A stretch of 57,197 bases of DNA from Alphaproteobacteria bacterium (GCA_047517485.1 JAKZSU010000050.1:1-57197); one strand, 5' to 3'; counted from the first letter of the stretch, positions 1-9,062 are shown. The notes: generated from the sequence alone by a model not told the origin. Numbers and translations are program-made.

Positions 1-130
1 ATGCCCAGTGGATCGTCGAAAAGAACGGCTACCTGAGCCCCGCTCAAGCTCGTCAGGCGTGGCACGCCGCGATCTCAATCAGGCCCGCCGCGTGAGACAA
101 ACTTGTGTCCAAGGAACCGGGTGCGCTACA
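1..130 (+). mobile_element. Right end of an IS3/IS481-type insertion sequence (transposase C-terminus plus terminal repeat), truncated by the window start
   Basis: Frame 3..95 reads AQWIVEKNGYLSPAQARQAWHAAISIRPAA*, like integrase-core transposase C-termini. It is followed by ...GTGTCCAAGGAACCGGGTGCGCTACA, ending in ACA at 130 (TGT on the reverse strand), typical of IS3/IS481 ends. Confidence 0.7.
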
Positions 131-242
131 AGGATTTCAGGCGCGTTGCAATCCGATACGACAAAAACGCTAACAACTTCATGGCCGCTCTGTGCCTCGC
201 TGCGCTCGTATGCTATTGGAATTGAATGAGTCTCGACCCTAG
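130..242 (+). mobile_element. IS5-family (IS427-like) transposase C-terminal remnant and right end
   Basis: 130..225 reads KDFRRVAIRYDKNANNFMAALCLAALVCYWN*, matching the IS5 DDE C-terminal motif (FRRxATRYDK...F.A...LA). It is followed by ATGAGTCTCGACCCTAG, resembling IS5/IS427 ends with a TA/TAG target. Confidence 0.8.
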
Positions 243-577
243 TGCGCCATGGTTGAAGAAGTAGGACATGTAGGTTCCTATTCGATAGCTGAAGTTCCGC
301 GATACTTCAGGCTATCAAAACGACAGTCATTTCCTATTTTCACAACCGTGGCGCTATTAAATGTGGAATCTACCATTTTCAATTGGCGAGGCAGACGTGT
401 TTTACTGATTAATCTGCGGGAATTCGAGGCAGTGGCTCTAAACTGAGACGACCTCAAATCGTACTTCTGACGATCCATGAATATTTCAGCGGTTGTATCC
501 TTTGACGGGTTCGCCCGTCAAGAGGGAGGCAGAATTGCGCATCACGGACCACGTAGTTTCAGAGAGCCGGGAGAAAA

Positions 578-2419
578 TTGAGTTTCCACAGGACTATAAA
601 ACGTAATGGGAGGACTCCGAAAGTGACACGATTTGGAAGAGTTGGCTGCACCATTGTGAGTGCGGCGATTTTGGCGACTACCGCTTGGTCTCAGAGCATG
701 GCCAATGAAGAGTTACTGGTGATGCAGGAAAACGCGTCGTGGTGGACGATGCAAAACGGCAACTACGACTCGAATCGATACTCGACGCTGACCCAGATCA
801 ACGCGGGCAATGTCGGCGATCTGCGCGTTTCCTGGACCTTTTCGACAGGCGTTCTGCGCGGTCACGAGGGGGGACCGTTGGTGATCGGCGACACCATGTA
901 CATCCATACGCCGTTCCCCAACATCGTCTTCGCGCTAGACCTCAACGACGATGGCCGGATTATCTGGAAATACGAACCCAAGCAGGATCCAAATGTTATC
1001 CCGGTGATGTGCTGTGACACGGTCAATCGCGGTGTCGCCTACGGTGGCGGTTTGATCATTCTTGCGCAATCCGATGCCACCGTGGTGGCCCTCGACGCCA
1101 AGACCGGCGCCGTGGCGTGGAGCGTGAGCAATGGCGACCCGAGTAGGGGAGCGACCATGACCAGCGCGCCGATGGTGGTGAAGGACAAGGTAATTGTCGG
1201 CATCAGCGGCGGCGAGTTCGGCGTGCACGGCCATATTACCGCTTACGACCTCGCATCCGGCGCCTTGATCTGGCGCGGCTACTCCATGGGCCCGGACACG
1301 GCCACCCTGATGGGGCCAAGCACCACCCATCTCGGCAAATCGGTGGGCAAGGATTCCGGAATCACTACCTGGGAAGGCGATCAGTGGAAAATCGGCGGCG
1401 GCACCACTTGGGGCTGGTACTCTTACGATCCCGATGAGAACCTGATCTATTACGGCACGGGTAACCCCAGCACCTGGAACCCCGCCCAGCGGCCCGGCGA
1501 CAATCGCTGGTCGATGACCGTCTTCGCGCGTGATGTCGATACTGGTCAGGCCAAATGGGTCTACCAGATGACGCCGCATGACGAATGGGACTTTGACGGC
1601 ATCAACGAGATGATCCTCGCCGACATCGACGTCGGTGGAGTGACTCGAAAGGTTCTGGTCCATTTCGACCGCAACGGCTTCGGCTATACCATCGATCGGG
1701 TCACCGGCGAATTGCTCGTCGCCGAAAAATTCGACCCGGCGGTCAACTGGGCGACTCATGTCGATATGGATACCGGCCGGCCGCAGGTGGTGGAGCGCTA
1801 CAGTACCGACGCCGCGGGTGAAGACGTCAACACCACCAACATCTGCCCGGCGGCACTCGGCAGCAAGGACCAACAACCGGCGGCGTACTCGCCCAAGACC
1901 GGTCTGTTCTACGTGCCGACCAACCATGTCTGCATGGACTACGAGCCGTTCCGTGTCTCGTACACCGCCGGCCAACCCTATGTTGGGGCGACGCTATCGA
2001 TGTTCCCGGCGCCCGGCGGCACCCACCTGGGCAACTTTATCGCCTGGGACGCCGGCACCGGCGAAATCGTCTGGTCGCTTCCCGAGCCGTTCTCGGTATG
2101 GAGCGGCGCGCTCGCGACCGGCGGTGGCGTGGTTTTCTACGGCACTCTCGAAGGCTACATCAAAGCGGTCGACGCCGACACCGGCGCCGAACTGTGGCGA
2201 TTCAAGACGCCGTCGGGGATTATCGGCAACGTCAACACCTATACCCATGGCGGCAAGCAGTACATCGCCGTTCTGTCGGGCATCGGTGGCTGGGCCGGCA
2301 TCGGCCTCGCGGCGGGTTTGACCGAGGACACCGCGGGCCTCGGTGCGGTCGGCGCATACAAAGCGCTCAACAGCTACACCAATCTCGGTGGCCAGTTGAC
2401 CGTATTCGAGCTGCCGTAA
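578..2419 (+). CDS. xoxF: Lanthanide-dependent PQQ methanol dehydrogenase XoxF (probably XoxF5 type); likely true start GTG at 623
   Basis: PQQ beta-propeller with vicinal cysteines ([10 protein letters not shown]), GGEFG, and [11 protein letters not shown] carrying the extra Ln-binding Asp (D-x-D; MxaF has D-x-A). Signal peptide present; GGGAGG Shine-Dalgarno at 608-613 precedes GTG 623. Confidence 0.95.
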   Translation: MSFHRTIKRNGRTPKVTRFGRVGCTIVSAAILATTAWSQSMANEELLVMQENASWWTMQNGNYDSNRYSTLTQINAGNVGDLRVSWTFSTGVLRGHEGGPLVIGDTMYIHTPFPNIVFALDLNDDGRIIWKYEPKQDPNVIPVMCCDTVNRGVAYGGGLIILAQSDATVVALDAKTGAVAWSVSNGDPSRGATMTSAPMVVKDKVIVGISGGEFGVHGHITAYDLASGALIWRGYSMGPDTATLMGPSTTHLGKSVGKDSGITTWEGDQWKIGGGTTWGWYSYDPDENLIYYGTGNPSTWNPAQRPGDNRWSMTVFARDVDTGQAKWVYQMTPHDEWDFDGINEMILADIDVGGVTRKVLVHFDRNGFGYTIDRVTGELLVAEKFDPAVNWATHVDMDTGRPQVVERYSTDAAGEDVNTTNICPAALGSKDQQPAAYSPKTGLFYVPTNHVCMDYEPFRVSYTAGQPYVGATLSMFPAPGGTHLGNFIAWDAGTGEIVWSLPEPFSVWSGALATGGGVVFYGTLEGYIKAVDADTGAELWRFKTPSGIIGNVNTYTHGGKQYIAVLSGIGGWAGIGLAAGLTEDTAGLGAVGAYKALNSYTNLGGQLTVFELP

Positions 2420-2471
2420 ATCGGATCTAAGTCCCTATGACTATTCCCGGCATCGCGACCACGAGGGTCGC

Positions 2472-3008
2472 ATGCCGGGAACATTTTTGTCGGGTCGTGG
2501 ACGGACCAACGGCCCGCCGCGGCTCGGGGAGGTAAAATTGATCGACACCCCGACTGGCCGCCGGATGGCGAATTCGCCGCTGGCGGCGTCTCTCGCTTTG
2601 GCGATCTTGGTGGTAGTGCCGAGCCTGGCCCCGCCGGCCGTCGCCGAGGACGAAGACGCACCCTATACGATCATCGACGGCAAAGTGGATTTCGCCACTT
2701 ATAACGGTTTTCGCCGATATCACAGCTTCTGTCACGTCTGCCACGGTCCGGATGGGCTTGGCAGCTCCTATGCCCCGGCGCTCATCGATTCGCTCAAGAC
2801 CCTTTCCTATGACGACTATCTGGAAGTCGTGGTCAACGGACGCCAGAACGTCAACCAGGCGCAGCAGAGCGTCATGCCGCCGTTCGGCACGGTCATGGAC
2901 GTGATGCTCTACGTCGATGACATTTACGGCTATCTCAAGGCGCGTGCGGATGGCGTGTTGCCCCGCGGCCGCCCGGCGCGGTTGCCCAAACCGAAGGACG
3001 ATCCATAA
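2472..3008 (+). CDS. xoxG: c-type cytochrome XoxG, electron acceptor of XoxF (start probably TTG 2538 or ATG 2565)
   Basis: Single CxxCH motif (FCHVCHG), signal peptide, distal MPPFG, and position directly after xoxF. Confidence 0.85.
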   Translation: MPGTFLSGRGRTNGPPRLGEVKLIDTPTGRRMANSPLAASLALAILVVVPSLAPPAVAEDEDAPYTIIDGKVDFATYNGFRRYHSFCHVCHGPDGLGSSYAPALIDSLKTLSYDDYLEVVVNGRQNVNQAQQSVMPPFGTVMDVMLYVDDIYGYLKARADGVLPRGRPARLPKPKDDP

Positions 3009-3808
3009 TGCGGCCGCGCGTTTTCGCCGCGGTCGTGGCCGGTTGCGTGGCGCTGCTCATGGCGGCGGTGCGGGCCGACGACGCGGTGCCGGCGCGCCTT
3101 GAACTTCGGGTCTGTGCCGATCCGTCCAACATGCCGCTTTCCAATCAGTCCGAGGAAGGATTCGAAAACCGCATTGCCACGCTGCTGGGCGACCGGCTCG
3201 GTCTGCCCGTCGTCTATACTTGGTGGCCCAACACCATTGGCTTCTTCCGCAATACGCTGCGTGCCAAGAAATGCGATCTGGTAATGGGGGTGGTCGAGGG
3301 TTTTGAGCTCGCGGCAACCACAGCGCCCTATTACCGCTCGACCTATGTCATGGTGTATCGGTCCGATTCGGGCTTGACGCTCACCGGGCTTGACGATCCC
3401 GCGTTGCGGGATCTCGCGATCGCGGTCGTCGCCAATACGCCACCGGTCGATCTACTGGTCAAATACGGCCTTCTCGACCGGGTGCGGCCGTATAGCCTGG
3501 TGGTCGACACCAGGGTTGAAACGCCGGTCAAGGAGATGATCGAAGACGTCGCAAGCAGCACCGTCGACGTGGCGCTGGCATGGGGCCCAATCGCCGGCTA
3601 TCACGCCAAGCAGCAAGTCCCACCACTGACCGTGATCCTGCTCGACAGCGAGGCCGGTCAGCCCCCCTTTGCCTACTCGATTTCGGCGGCGGTGCGCCAT
3701 GGTGAGTCCGAATGGAAGCAAACGATCGAGACCCTGTTGGCGGATAACCGCGCCGAGATCAGCGCCATCCTCGCCGGCCACGGCGTTCCTTTGCTGGAAA
3801 TCCATTAG
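3008..3808 (+). CDS. xoxJ: XoxJ/MxaJ-like periplasmic solute-binding-fold protein
   Basis: LRVCADPSNMPLSN, GFENRIA, CDLVMG and PYYRSTYV motifs; start overlaps the xoxG stop; canonical xoxFGJ order. Confidence 0.88.
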   Translation: MRPRVFAAVVAGCVALLMAAVRADDAVPARLELRVCADPSNMPLSNQSEEGFENRIATLLGDRLGLPVVYTWWPNTIGFFRNTLRAKKCDLVMGVVEGFELAATTAPYYRSTYVMVYRSDSGLTLTGLDDPALRDLAIAVVANTPPVDLLVKYGLLDRVRPYSLVVDTRVETPVKEMIEDVASSTVDVALAWGPIAGYHAKQQVPPLTVILLDSEAGQPPFAYSISAAVRHGESEWKQTIETLLADNRAEISAILAGHGVPLLEIH

Positions 3809-4074
3809 AGCAGTTCAAGTCTAGTTTGCAGCGGTTTGACCGCGCTCCCGCGGCCCCTGGCTAGGCGCGCACCGCCGCGCGTTGTCGGGTGCGCACGCTA
3901 AGCCGCGCAACGAATCCAGGGGCCACGGGAGCACGGCCTACGGTGGGCCAAATCGGCCCTTCGCGTAGCTGGCGACGCTCTGCCGATGCACCCACATCGC
4001 CCGTCGCGCCGCGCCTACTCGAAAAGCCGATTTGGCCCATCAAACCGCTTCAAACTAGCCTTGAACTGCTCTAG
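3806..4074. repeat. MITE-like element, copy 1 (~269 bp, 33-bp terminal inverted repeats)
   Basis: Left arm AGAGCAGTTCAAGTCTAGTTTGCAGCGGTTTGA pairs at 31/33 positions with right arm TCAAACCGCTTCAAACTAGCCTTGAACTGCTCT. Flanked by T(AG) and (CT)AG; core shared with 6078..6379. Confidence 0.85.
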
Positions 4075-4087
4075 GTCTGAGCGTGTC

Positions 4088-4915
4088 CTAATCGATGAAG
4101 GCGCGCGACAAGTTGTGGGCGCGGTCAAGATTGGTGGTCTCGGCGCCGATCAGTGACCGGAGCTTGGCGGAGGTGACGTCGGCCATATTGAAATTGGCCC
4201 CGTTGACGCGGGCGCCCGTCAGATCGGCGCCGCCGAGGTTGGCGCGCATCAAGTTGGCACCCGAAAAGTCAGCGCCCTTGAGCGAGGCGAAAGAGAAATC
4301 GACACGGCTCAGATCGGCACCGGTGAAGTCGGCGCCGTCGAGCACCGCCGAGCGCAATACGCCACGCATCAGCCCCATCGACTGGTTCCGCATGTCGGCG
4401 CTGAGATTGGCTCCGACGAACGTGGCGCCGGTGGCGCGCGTGTTGGACAGGTTGCTGGCGACCAACGCGCCGGTAAAGTCGGCGGCCTCGAGAATCGAAC
4501 CCATCATCTGGGCTTGGAACAAGCTCGCCCCGCGCAGGCTGGCACCGGTCAGATCGGCTTCGAGCATCCAAGCCTGGTCAAGGACGGCGAGATCGAGTCT
4601 GGCGCCGGCGAGGTTGGTATGATTAAGCCGTGCCGCGCGCGGAACCACGCCGCGAAAATCGAGGCCTGACAAATCGAGCCCGGACAGTCTGACGCCGGTG
4701 AAATCGGCCGCCTGACCAGGCGTGGCGGCGGTCAATCGCGCCTCCACTTCCGCCCGCGACAACTCGGCCTCGGTCATTTCAGGTGAGTCGAGGTCGAGAT
4801 GTCGGAGCCAGTCCTGGGCCGCCGTCGGTCCCGCGACCAGCGCCACCGTCAACGCCACAGTCAACGCCACCGTCAACGCCGGCGTCAAGGCCACCTCGAT
4901 CCGTCCGATCTTCAT
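4088..4915 (-). CDS. Exported pentapeptide-repeat protein
   Basis: Many A(D/N)LxxA-type pentapeptides (GADFTGADLSRVDFSFASLKGADFSGANL), signal peptide, and AAGGAG RBS. Such proteins are known neighbours of PQQ alcohol dehydrogenase genes. Confidence 0.9.
   Translation of the reverse strand: MKIGRIEVALTPALTVALTVALTVALVAGPTAAQDWLRHLDLDSPEMTEAELSRAEVEARLTAATPGQAADFTGVRLSGLDLSGLDFRGVVPRAARLNHTNLAGARLDLAVLDQAWMLEADLTGASLRGASLFQAQMMGSILEAADFTGALVASNLSNTRATGATFVGANLSADMRNQSMGLMRGVLRSAVLDGADFTGADLSRVDFSFASLKGADFSGANLMRANLGGADLTGARVNGANFNMADVTSAKLRSLIGAETTNLDRAHNLSRAFID
4842..4895 (-). repeat. 12-bp tandem repeat (~4.5 copies) encoding (V/P)ALT in the signal peptide
   Basis: On the + strand: GCCACCGTCAAC GCCACAGTCAAC GCCACCGTCAAC GCCGGCGTCAAG GCCACC. 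Confidence 0.85.
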
Positions 4916-4964
4916 TGAGTGTCTCCTTCCCAGTCCATGACCCGGGATTTGGGATTACTTGGAC

Positions 4965-5474
4965 TCAATGGTCCTTCAGCAATCGGTGGCGCACCAGATA
5001 CGAGACGCCGCGCGACCAGGATTCAATAGTATTGCCGCGGATATCGACACTCGCCGCGCGAATGGCGCTCGGTTGATCGGCGGGCATCATGAAAATATTG
5101 ATGTTGAGGATCAAGTTGCTGACTTTCTGGACCGTGCCGGTCACGGCAAAGTCGGCGCCCAAGGATTTCGCGATGCCGGCGGCGCAGCCGTTGCAGCCAT
5201 ACAGATATCCGGCCGCGGCAATAGCGTCCCGCCGTGGCGCGATGTCGACAATCTCGAACCGACCCGACTCCGCGAGTTGTCGGCGCAATTGGTCGCTGAC
5301 GGCGGCAAGCCGTCCGGTTTCAGCCTCCTGGGGCCCGAGTAGCTCGCCTTCCAAGCTGGTGTCGATGAGTTCGAAATCGAACACCGCGACGCGCGTCGGT
5401 GGGTCCGCCAGCGCTTCCGCGGAACCGCCGATGATCGTCGCTAACAGAATGATTCCGGTGCCGAATCGTGTCAT
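4965..5474 (-). CDS. DUF3280/DUF2380-like exported protein
   Basis: Signal peptide, VAVFDFELIDTS, CNGCAAGIAKSLGAD and GTVQKVSNLILNIN motifs recalled for this family in methanol-dehydrogenase neighbourhoods. Confidence 0.7.
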   Translation of the reverse strand: MTRFGTGIILLATIIGGSAEALADPPTRVAVFDFELIDTSLEGELLGPQEAETGRLAAVSDQLRRQLAESGRFEIVDIAPRRDAIAAAGYLYGCNGCAAGIAKSLGADFAVTGTVQKVSNLILNINIFMMPADQPSAIRAASVDIRGNTIESWSRGVSYLVRHRLLKDH

Positions 5475-5836
5475 CTTCTATTTCCGAAACAGGCCGCCGT
5501 CGCCTTCTTTTCGACCGCTTCGAATTCCGCCAAGGCGTCACTCATCCACTGCACGTCGCGGAACAAGCCGGACCTTTCCCCGGACACCTGGCGCATGCGC
5601 AGAATGGTCTCGATCCGGTCATAGTCGTCGATCGAGACCTCGGAGGCGATATAGTCGATCGTGCAGGCGCAGCGGTACAAATTGTCACGGGAATTGTCAC
5701 GGCTCGCGAGACACGCGAGCACATACTCGACCCGCGTTACCGTGGGATACGCGATGACGGAAGCCGCCGAAGCAGGTTGCATCAGGCAGGCGACATACGC
5801 AATCGCGCACGGGAATATTTTCAGAAATTCAGTCAT
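5471..5836 (-). CDS. Conserved exported hypothetical protein (Cys-containing), MDH-cluster associated; start at ATG 5836
   Basis: YPTVTRVEYVLAC...RCACTIDYIAS...ETILRMRQ; hydrophobic N-terminus; ATGA overlap with the next gene. Confidence 0.65.
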   Translation of the reverse strand: MTEFLKIFPCAIAYVACLMQPASAASVIAYPTVTRVEYVLACLASRDNSRDNLYRCACTIDYIASEVSIDDYDRIETILRMRQVSGERSGLFRDVQWMSDALAEFEAVEKKATAACFGNRR

Positions 5837-6077
5837 TGCGCTGCCGTCCTCGCAAACAAAATTTGATCGGTGCCTACGCTTACGGACTGTCCGTGTAGCG
5901 GCCTGCCGCAAGCTATCATGTTACAAATGATAAGGAATTATGGCGAACGCGCAATAAATAGCGGATTTGCAATTTTTCAGAGCGGAACAGCAGAGTTTGC
6001 TTTGCCTTCAAGCGACATGGTCATTCTCACGAACGCGCACGGGGTCGGCACCAAGGATTGAATTCGATCTGCTTTGC

Positions 6078-6379
6078 AAGAGCATTTTCCGACCTAATGG
6101 GGTCGGTTTGACCACGCTCCCGCGACCCGTGGCTAGACGCGCGGTGCCGCGCGATGTGGGTGCGCACGCTAAGCCGCGCAACGACCTGACTTCGCCGAAG
6201 CGAAGCCTCAGCTTCGCGTCGGCAGGCACTGCGGCAGCGCGGCCTCCGGTAGGACAAGTTGGCATTTCGCGCAGCTGGCGACGCTCGGCCGATGCGCCAC
6301 ATCGCCCGTCGCGCCGAGCCTACTCGAAAAGACAATTTGCCCCATCAAACCGATTCCATTAGGTCGGAAAGTGCTCTAG
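6078..6379. repeat. MITE-like element, copy 2 (~302 bp), with an extra internal hairpin at 6185..6226
   Basis: Left arm AGAGCATTTTCCGACCTAATGGGGTCGGTTTGA pairs at 30/33 positions with right arm TCAAACCGATTCCATTAGGTCGGAAAGTGCTCT. Core blocks shared with copy 1 (GGGTGCGCACGCTAAGCCGCGCAACGA; GCTGGCGACGCTC; CACATCGCCCGTCGCGCCG; GCCTACTCGAAAAG). Inserted hairpin GCGAAGC-CTCA-GCTTCGC. Confidence 0.85.
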
Positions 6380-6400
6380 TTTGCCGCCGCATTACTCAAC

Positions 6401-7375
6401 TTGGGCCCATTGATGACACAAATTGACGCATCCTCGGAGGCGGCGAGCGCTGAACGACCCGCGGCAAGCGGGCTCGAAACTCTGTTGCGCGCCGGCACCT
6501 TCGTGGTGACCTCCGAGACCACGCCGCCGCTGTCGGCGGACGCCGAGGATATGCGCGCCCGGGTGGCGCCATTGGCGGGAATCGCCGACGCGGTCAACGT
6601 GACCGACGGCGCCGGGGCGCGGACGACCATGGCGAGCCTCGCCGCGACCGCGCTAATGGCGCGGGACGGCATCGAGCCGGTCCTTCAGTTCACCATGCGC
6701 GACCGCAATCGATTGGCGTTGCAAGCCGATCTGTTGGGCGCCGCGGCGCTCGGCATCGCCAATATCCTGTGCCTGCACGGCGACGACGTCGCCGGCGGCG
6801 ATCAGCCCGACGCCAAGCCGGTTTGGGATCTCGACAGCCGCGGCTTCATCGCCACCGCGGCGGCGATGCGCGACGATGCGGTGTTGCCGTCGGGGCGCGA
6901 GATCGCCGGTCCGCCGGCACTCTTCATCGGTGCCGCCGACACCCCACGCGATCCCGACCCGGACTGGAGCGCCGACGGTCTGCGGGCAAAAATCGCCGCG
7001 GGGGCGCAATTCTTCCAGACCCAATTTTGCTTCGATCCGGCGATCGTCTCGCGCTATATGGCACGGCTCGGCGACGAAGGGCTGCTTGACGAGGCGTCAT
7101 TCATCGTCGGCATCGGCCCGATCCGCTCGGGAAAATCGGCGCGCTGGATGAATGCCAACCTGTGGGGCGTCCATATTCCCGATCCGATCATCGCGCGCAT
7201 CGAGGGCGCGGACGACGAAGCCGAGGAAGGGATTCGCGTGTGCGCCGAATTGATCGCCGCGCTAAACGACATCCCCGGCGTCGCCGGCGCCCATGTCATG
7301 GGCCCGCGCTCCGAAGCGGCCTCGGCCGAGTCGATAAAGCGATCGGGCGTACTTGACGCGCGTAATGAGAGTTGA
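6401..7375 (+). CDS. metF: Methylenetetrahydrofolate reductase family protein (MetF-like)
   Basis: FVVTSETTPP, DAVNVTDG, CRDRN-like MRDRNRLALQADLLGAAALG, LCLHGDD, and KIAAGAQFFQTQFCFD motifs. Confidence 0.8.
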   Translation: MGPLMTQIDASSEAASAERPAASGLETLLRAGTFVVTSETTPPLSADAEDMRARVAPLAGIADAVNVTDGAGARTTMASLAATALMARDGIEPVLQFTMRDRNRLALQADLLGAAALGIANILCLHGDDVAGGDQPDAKPVWDLDSRGFIATAAAMRDDAVLPSGREIAGPPALFIGAADTPRDPDPDWSADGLRAKIAAGAQFFQTQFCFDPAIVSRYMARLGDEGLLDEASFIVGIGPIRSGKSARWMNANLWGVHIPDPIIARIEGADDEAEEGIRVCAELIAALNDIPGVAGAHVMGPRSEAASAESIKRSGVLDARNES

Positions 7376-7473
7376 AAGAGCGTTCAAGCGCCACGCAGGC
7401 TGGCCTCGCATAAGCTCGGGCGCGCGGTCGCGCTTGCCAAGCCGCACGAGCCGCGCAGCTTGGTTGGAAGTCA

Positions 7474-8658
7474 TTACCCAGGCAATCGCTCGACGACGAA
7501 GCTTTCATCGACGAACCATAACCCGCCATATTTCTGCAAAACGTCCCAGGTGGCCTGTAAATAGTCGTCGCCACGCAACGTCTCGGTCAGCTTTATATCC
7601 TCGATCTGAGCGACATAAACCGCGGCGTTCCATGCCGCCAGCAAAGTCGAGGTGCCGATATTGTTGCCGACTTCGCCCGGCAGGTGCTGCAGGTTGAAGC
7701 GAAACTCCGAGCGATGATCGGGATAGACGTGATAGCGGTAGGGGACCGGCGCGTCGGCCAATTCGGTCTCGAGCGATGCCATCAGATCATGCCGGGTGGC
7801 CTGGAACGGATCCTCGTCCGGCCAGATCGCGCGAATAATCTCGAGACCCGGGTCGCGCCCCGTCGACTGGATCGCGATCATCCGCCCACCCGGCGCGAGC
7901 GCGCGCACCAGCGGCGCCAACACGCGTTTGACCTTCAAATCCGCCGGCAGGCGCGCCTGGTAGGGCTGCGAGGCGACCACCAAATCATAGGCGAGGTCCG
8001 CCTGATGGGGCCGCGGGATCACCGATTCCAGCAGGAAACGGCGATCCTCGCGATAGATCACCAGCACCGAGGGCACGACATACAGTGGATTGCCGCTGGT
8101 CTCGCTGGTGCGCGTCCGCCAGCCCTCGGCGACCACCGGCTGGAGCGCGCGAATCTGCTCGTCGAACTCGTGACTCGATTGACCCTTGAGCGGGACCTCG
8201 TGCCAGTTGAGCGCGCTCACCTTGGCCGGACTCGGCGCCAGACCGGGCGCCTCGGTGTAGCGCATATTGGTGATCACCAGCACGGTCTCGGGATGCTCTA
8301 GAAAACGGTCGGCCATTTTTTCCAGGCCGAGGCGGACGTCTTCGAGACTGATTTCCTTGGCCACCGCGAGCAGCGGCACGGTGGGATGGCGCGCATGAAT
8401 CTGGCGCATCACCCGGGTCAGCACCGTGGCGTCGCCCATCCCGGCGTCGAACAGCCGCATCGCCGGCGGCGTCGGGGTGATTTGATCGAGTTCGAGACCA
8501 ACGCGATCGGCGACCACCCATTTCTCGCTGCAGGTGGTGACGAACAGGAGATATTTTTCGCGGTTGTCATAGAACCGGAACGGCTTGTCGTCGGATCGTT
8601 CGGGCGGCGGCGCCGGCGCGAAAGGAGAGGTTTCGACCTTATCGTTTCCCTGAACCAT
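7474..8658 (-). CDS. Conserved hypothetical protein with a class I SAM-binding-like motif (start probably ATG 8658)
   Basis: Long ORF with genome-like codon usage; LFDAGMGDATV resembles methyltransferase motif I; FRFYDNREKYLLFVTTCSEK N-terminal block. Confidence 0.6.
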   Translation of the reverse strand: MVQGNDKVETSPFAPAPPPERSDDKPFRFYDNREKYLLFVTTCSEKWVVADRVGLELDQITPTPPAMRLFDAGMGDATVLTRVMRQIHARHPTVPLLAVAKEISLEDVRLGLEKMADRFLEHPETVLVITNMRYTEAPGLAPSPAKVSALNWHEVPLKGQSSHEFDEQIRALQPVVAEGWRTRTSETSGNPLYVVPSVLVIYREDRRFLLESVIPRPHQADLAYDLVVASQPYQARLPADLKVKRVLAPLVRALAPGGRMIAIQSTGRDPGLEIIRAIWPDEDPFQATRHDLMASLETELADAPVPYRYHVYPDHRSEFRFNLQHLPGEVGNNIGTSTLLAAWNAAVYVAQIEDIKLTETLRGDDYLQATWDVLQKYGGLWFVDESFVVERLPG

Positions 8659-8839
8659 AACTCTCGTCGCCTTTCGACTACCGTGCCGGTGTCTTTTGAT
8701 GCCACTGGCCATGACGATAGCAGGGTCGGCGGCGGGAACGCACGCCGATTCGCTCGATACCGGCCAGCACGGCGGGACCATCCGGTTTCCCGCTCGGCAA
8801 TTTTTTTGACCCGACCTAACCCATGTTAAGGGCGGCCAG

Positions 8840-8928
8840 CACCGGTCTGCCTATGTTCGCCGTGTTGAGTTTTCTCTCCACGCGAACCTCGCACCGACTA
8901 AAGCCCCGCCTCGCGCGGGGCTTTTTTT
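8840..8928 (+). ncRNA. Candidate ~90-nt sRNA or terminated leader
   Basis: TTGACC (-35-like) at 8806-8811; hairpin GTTCGC(C)GTG-TT-GAG-TTTT-CTC-TC-CAC-GCGAAC; strong intrinsic terminator at 8900-8928. Confidence 0.4.
8900..8928 (+). terminator. Rho-independent terminator
   Basis: Stem AAAGCCCCGC / GCGGGGCTTT with a 5-nt loop and a T7 tail. Confidence 0.8.
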
Positions 8929-9062
8929 GCGTCCGGGCCGCCACCGGAGTAGTCTCTGTCGCGGCTACGGGCAGCGTCCGTGGCCGGGTCGGAGCGCTCG
9001 ACGTGAGCGGGGACAAATAAGAGCTAAGGGCCGAAATGGCCAAGTGAGAGGAGACCGCGTTA

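Noticed and set aside
240-560. Short ORFs 249..446 (+) and 278..478 (-) in an AT-richer stretch
   Set aside because: No recognisable motif, RBS or genome-like codon usage; treated as intergenic or degraded DNA.
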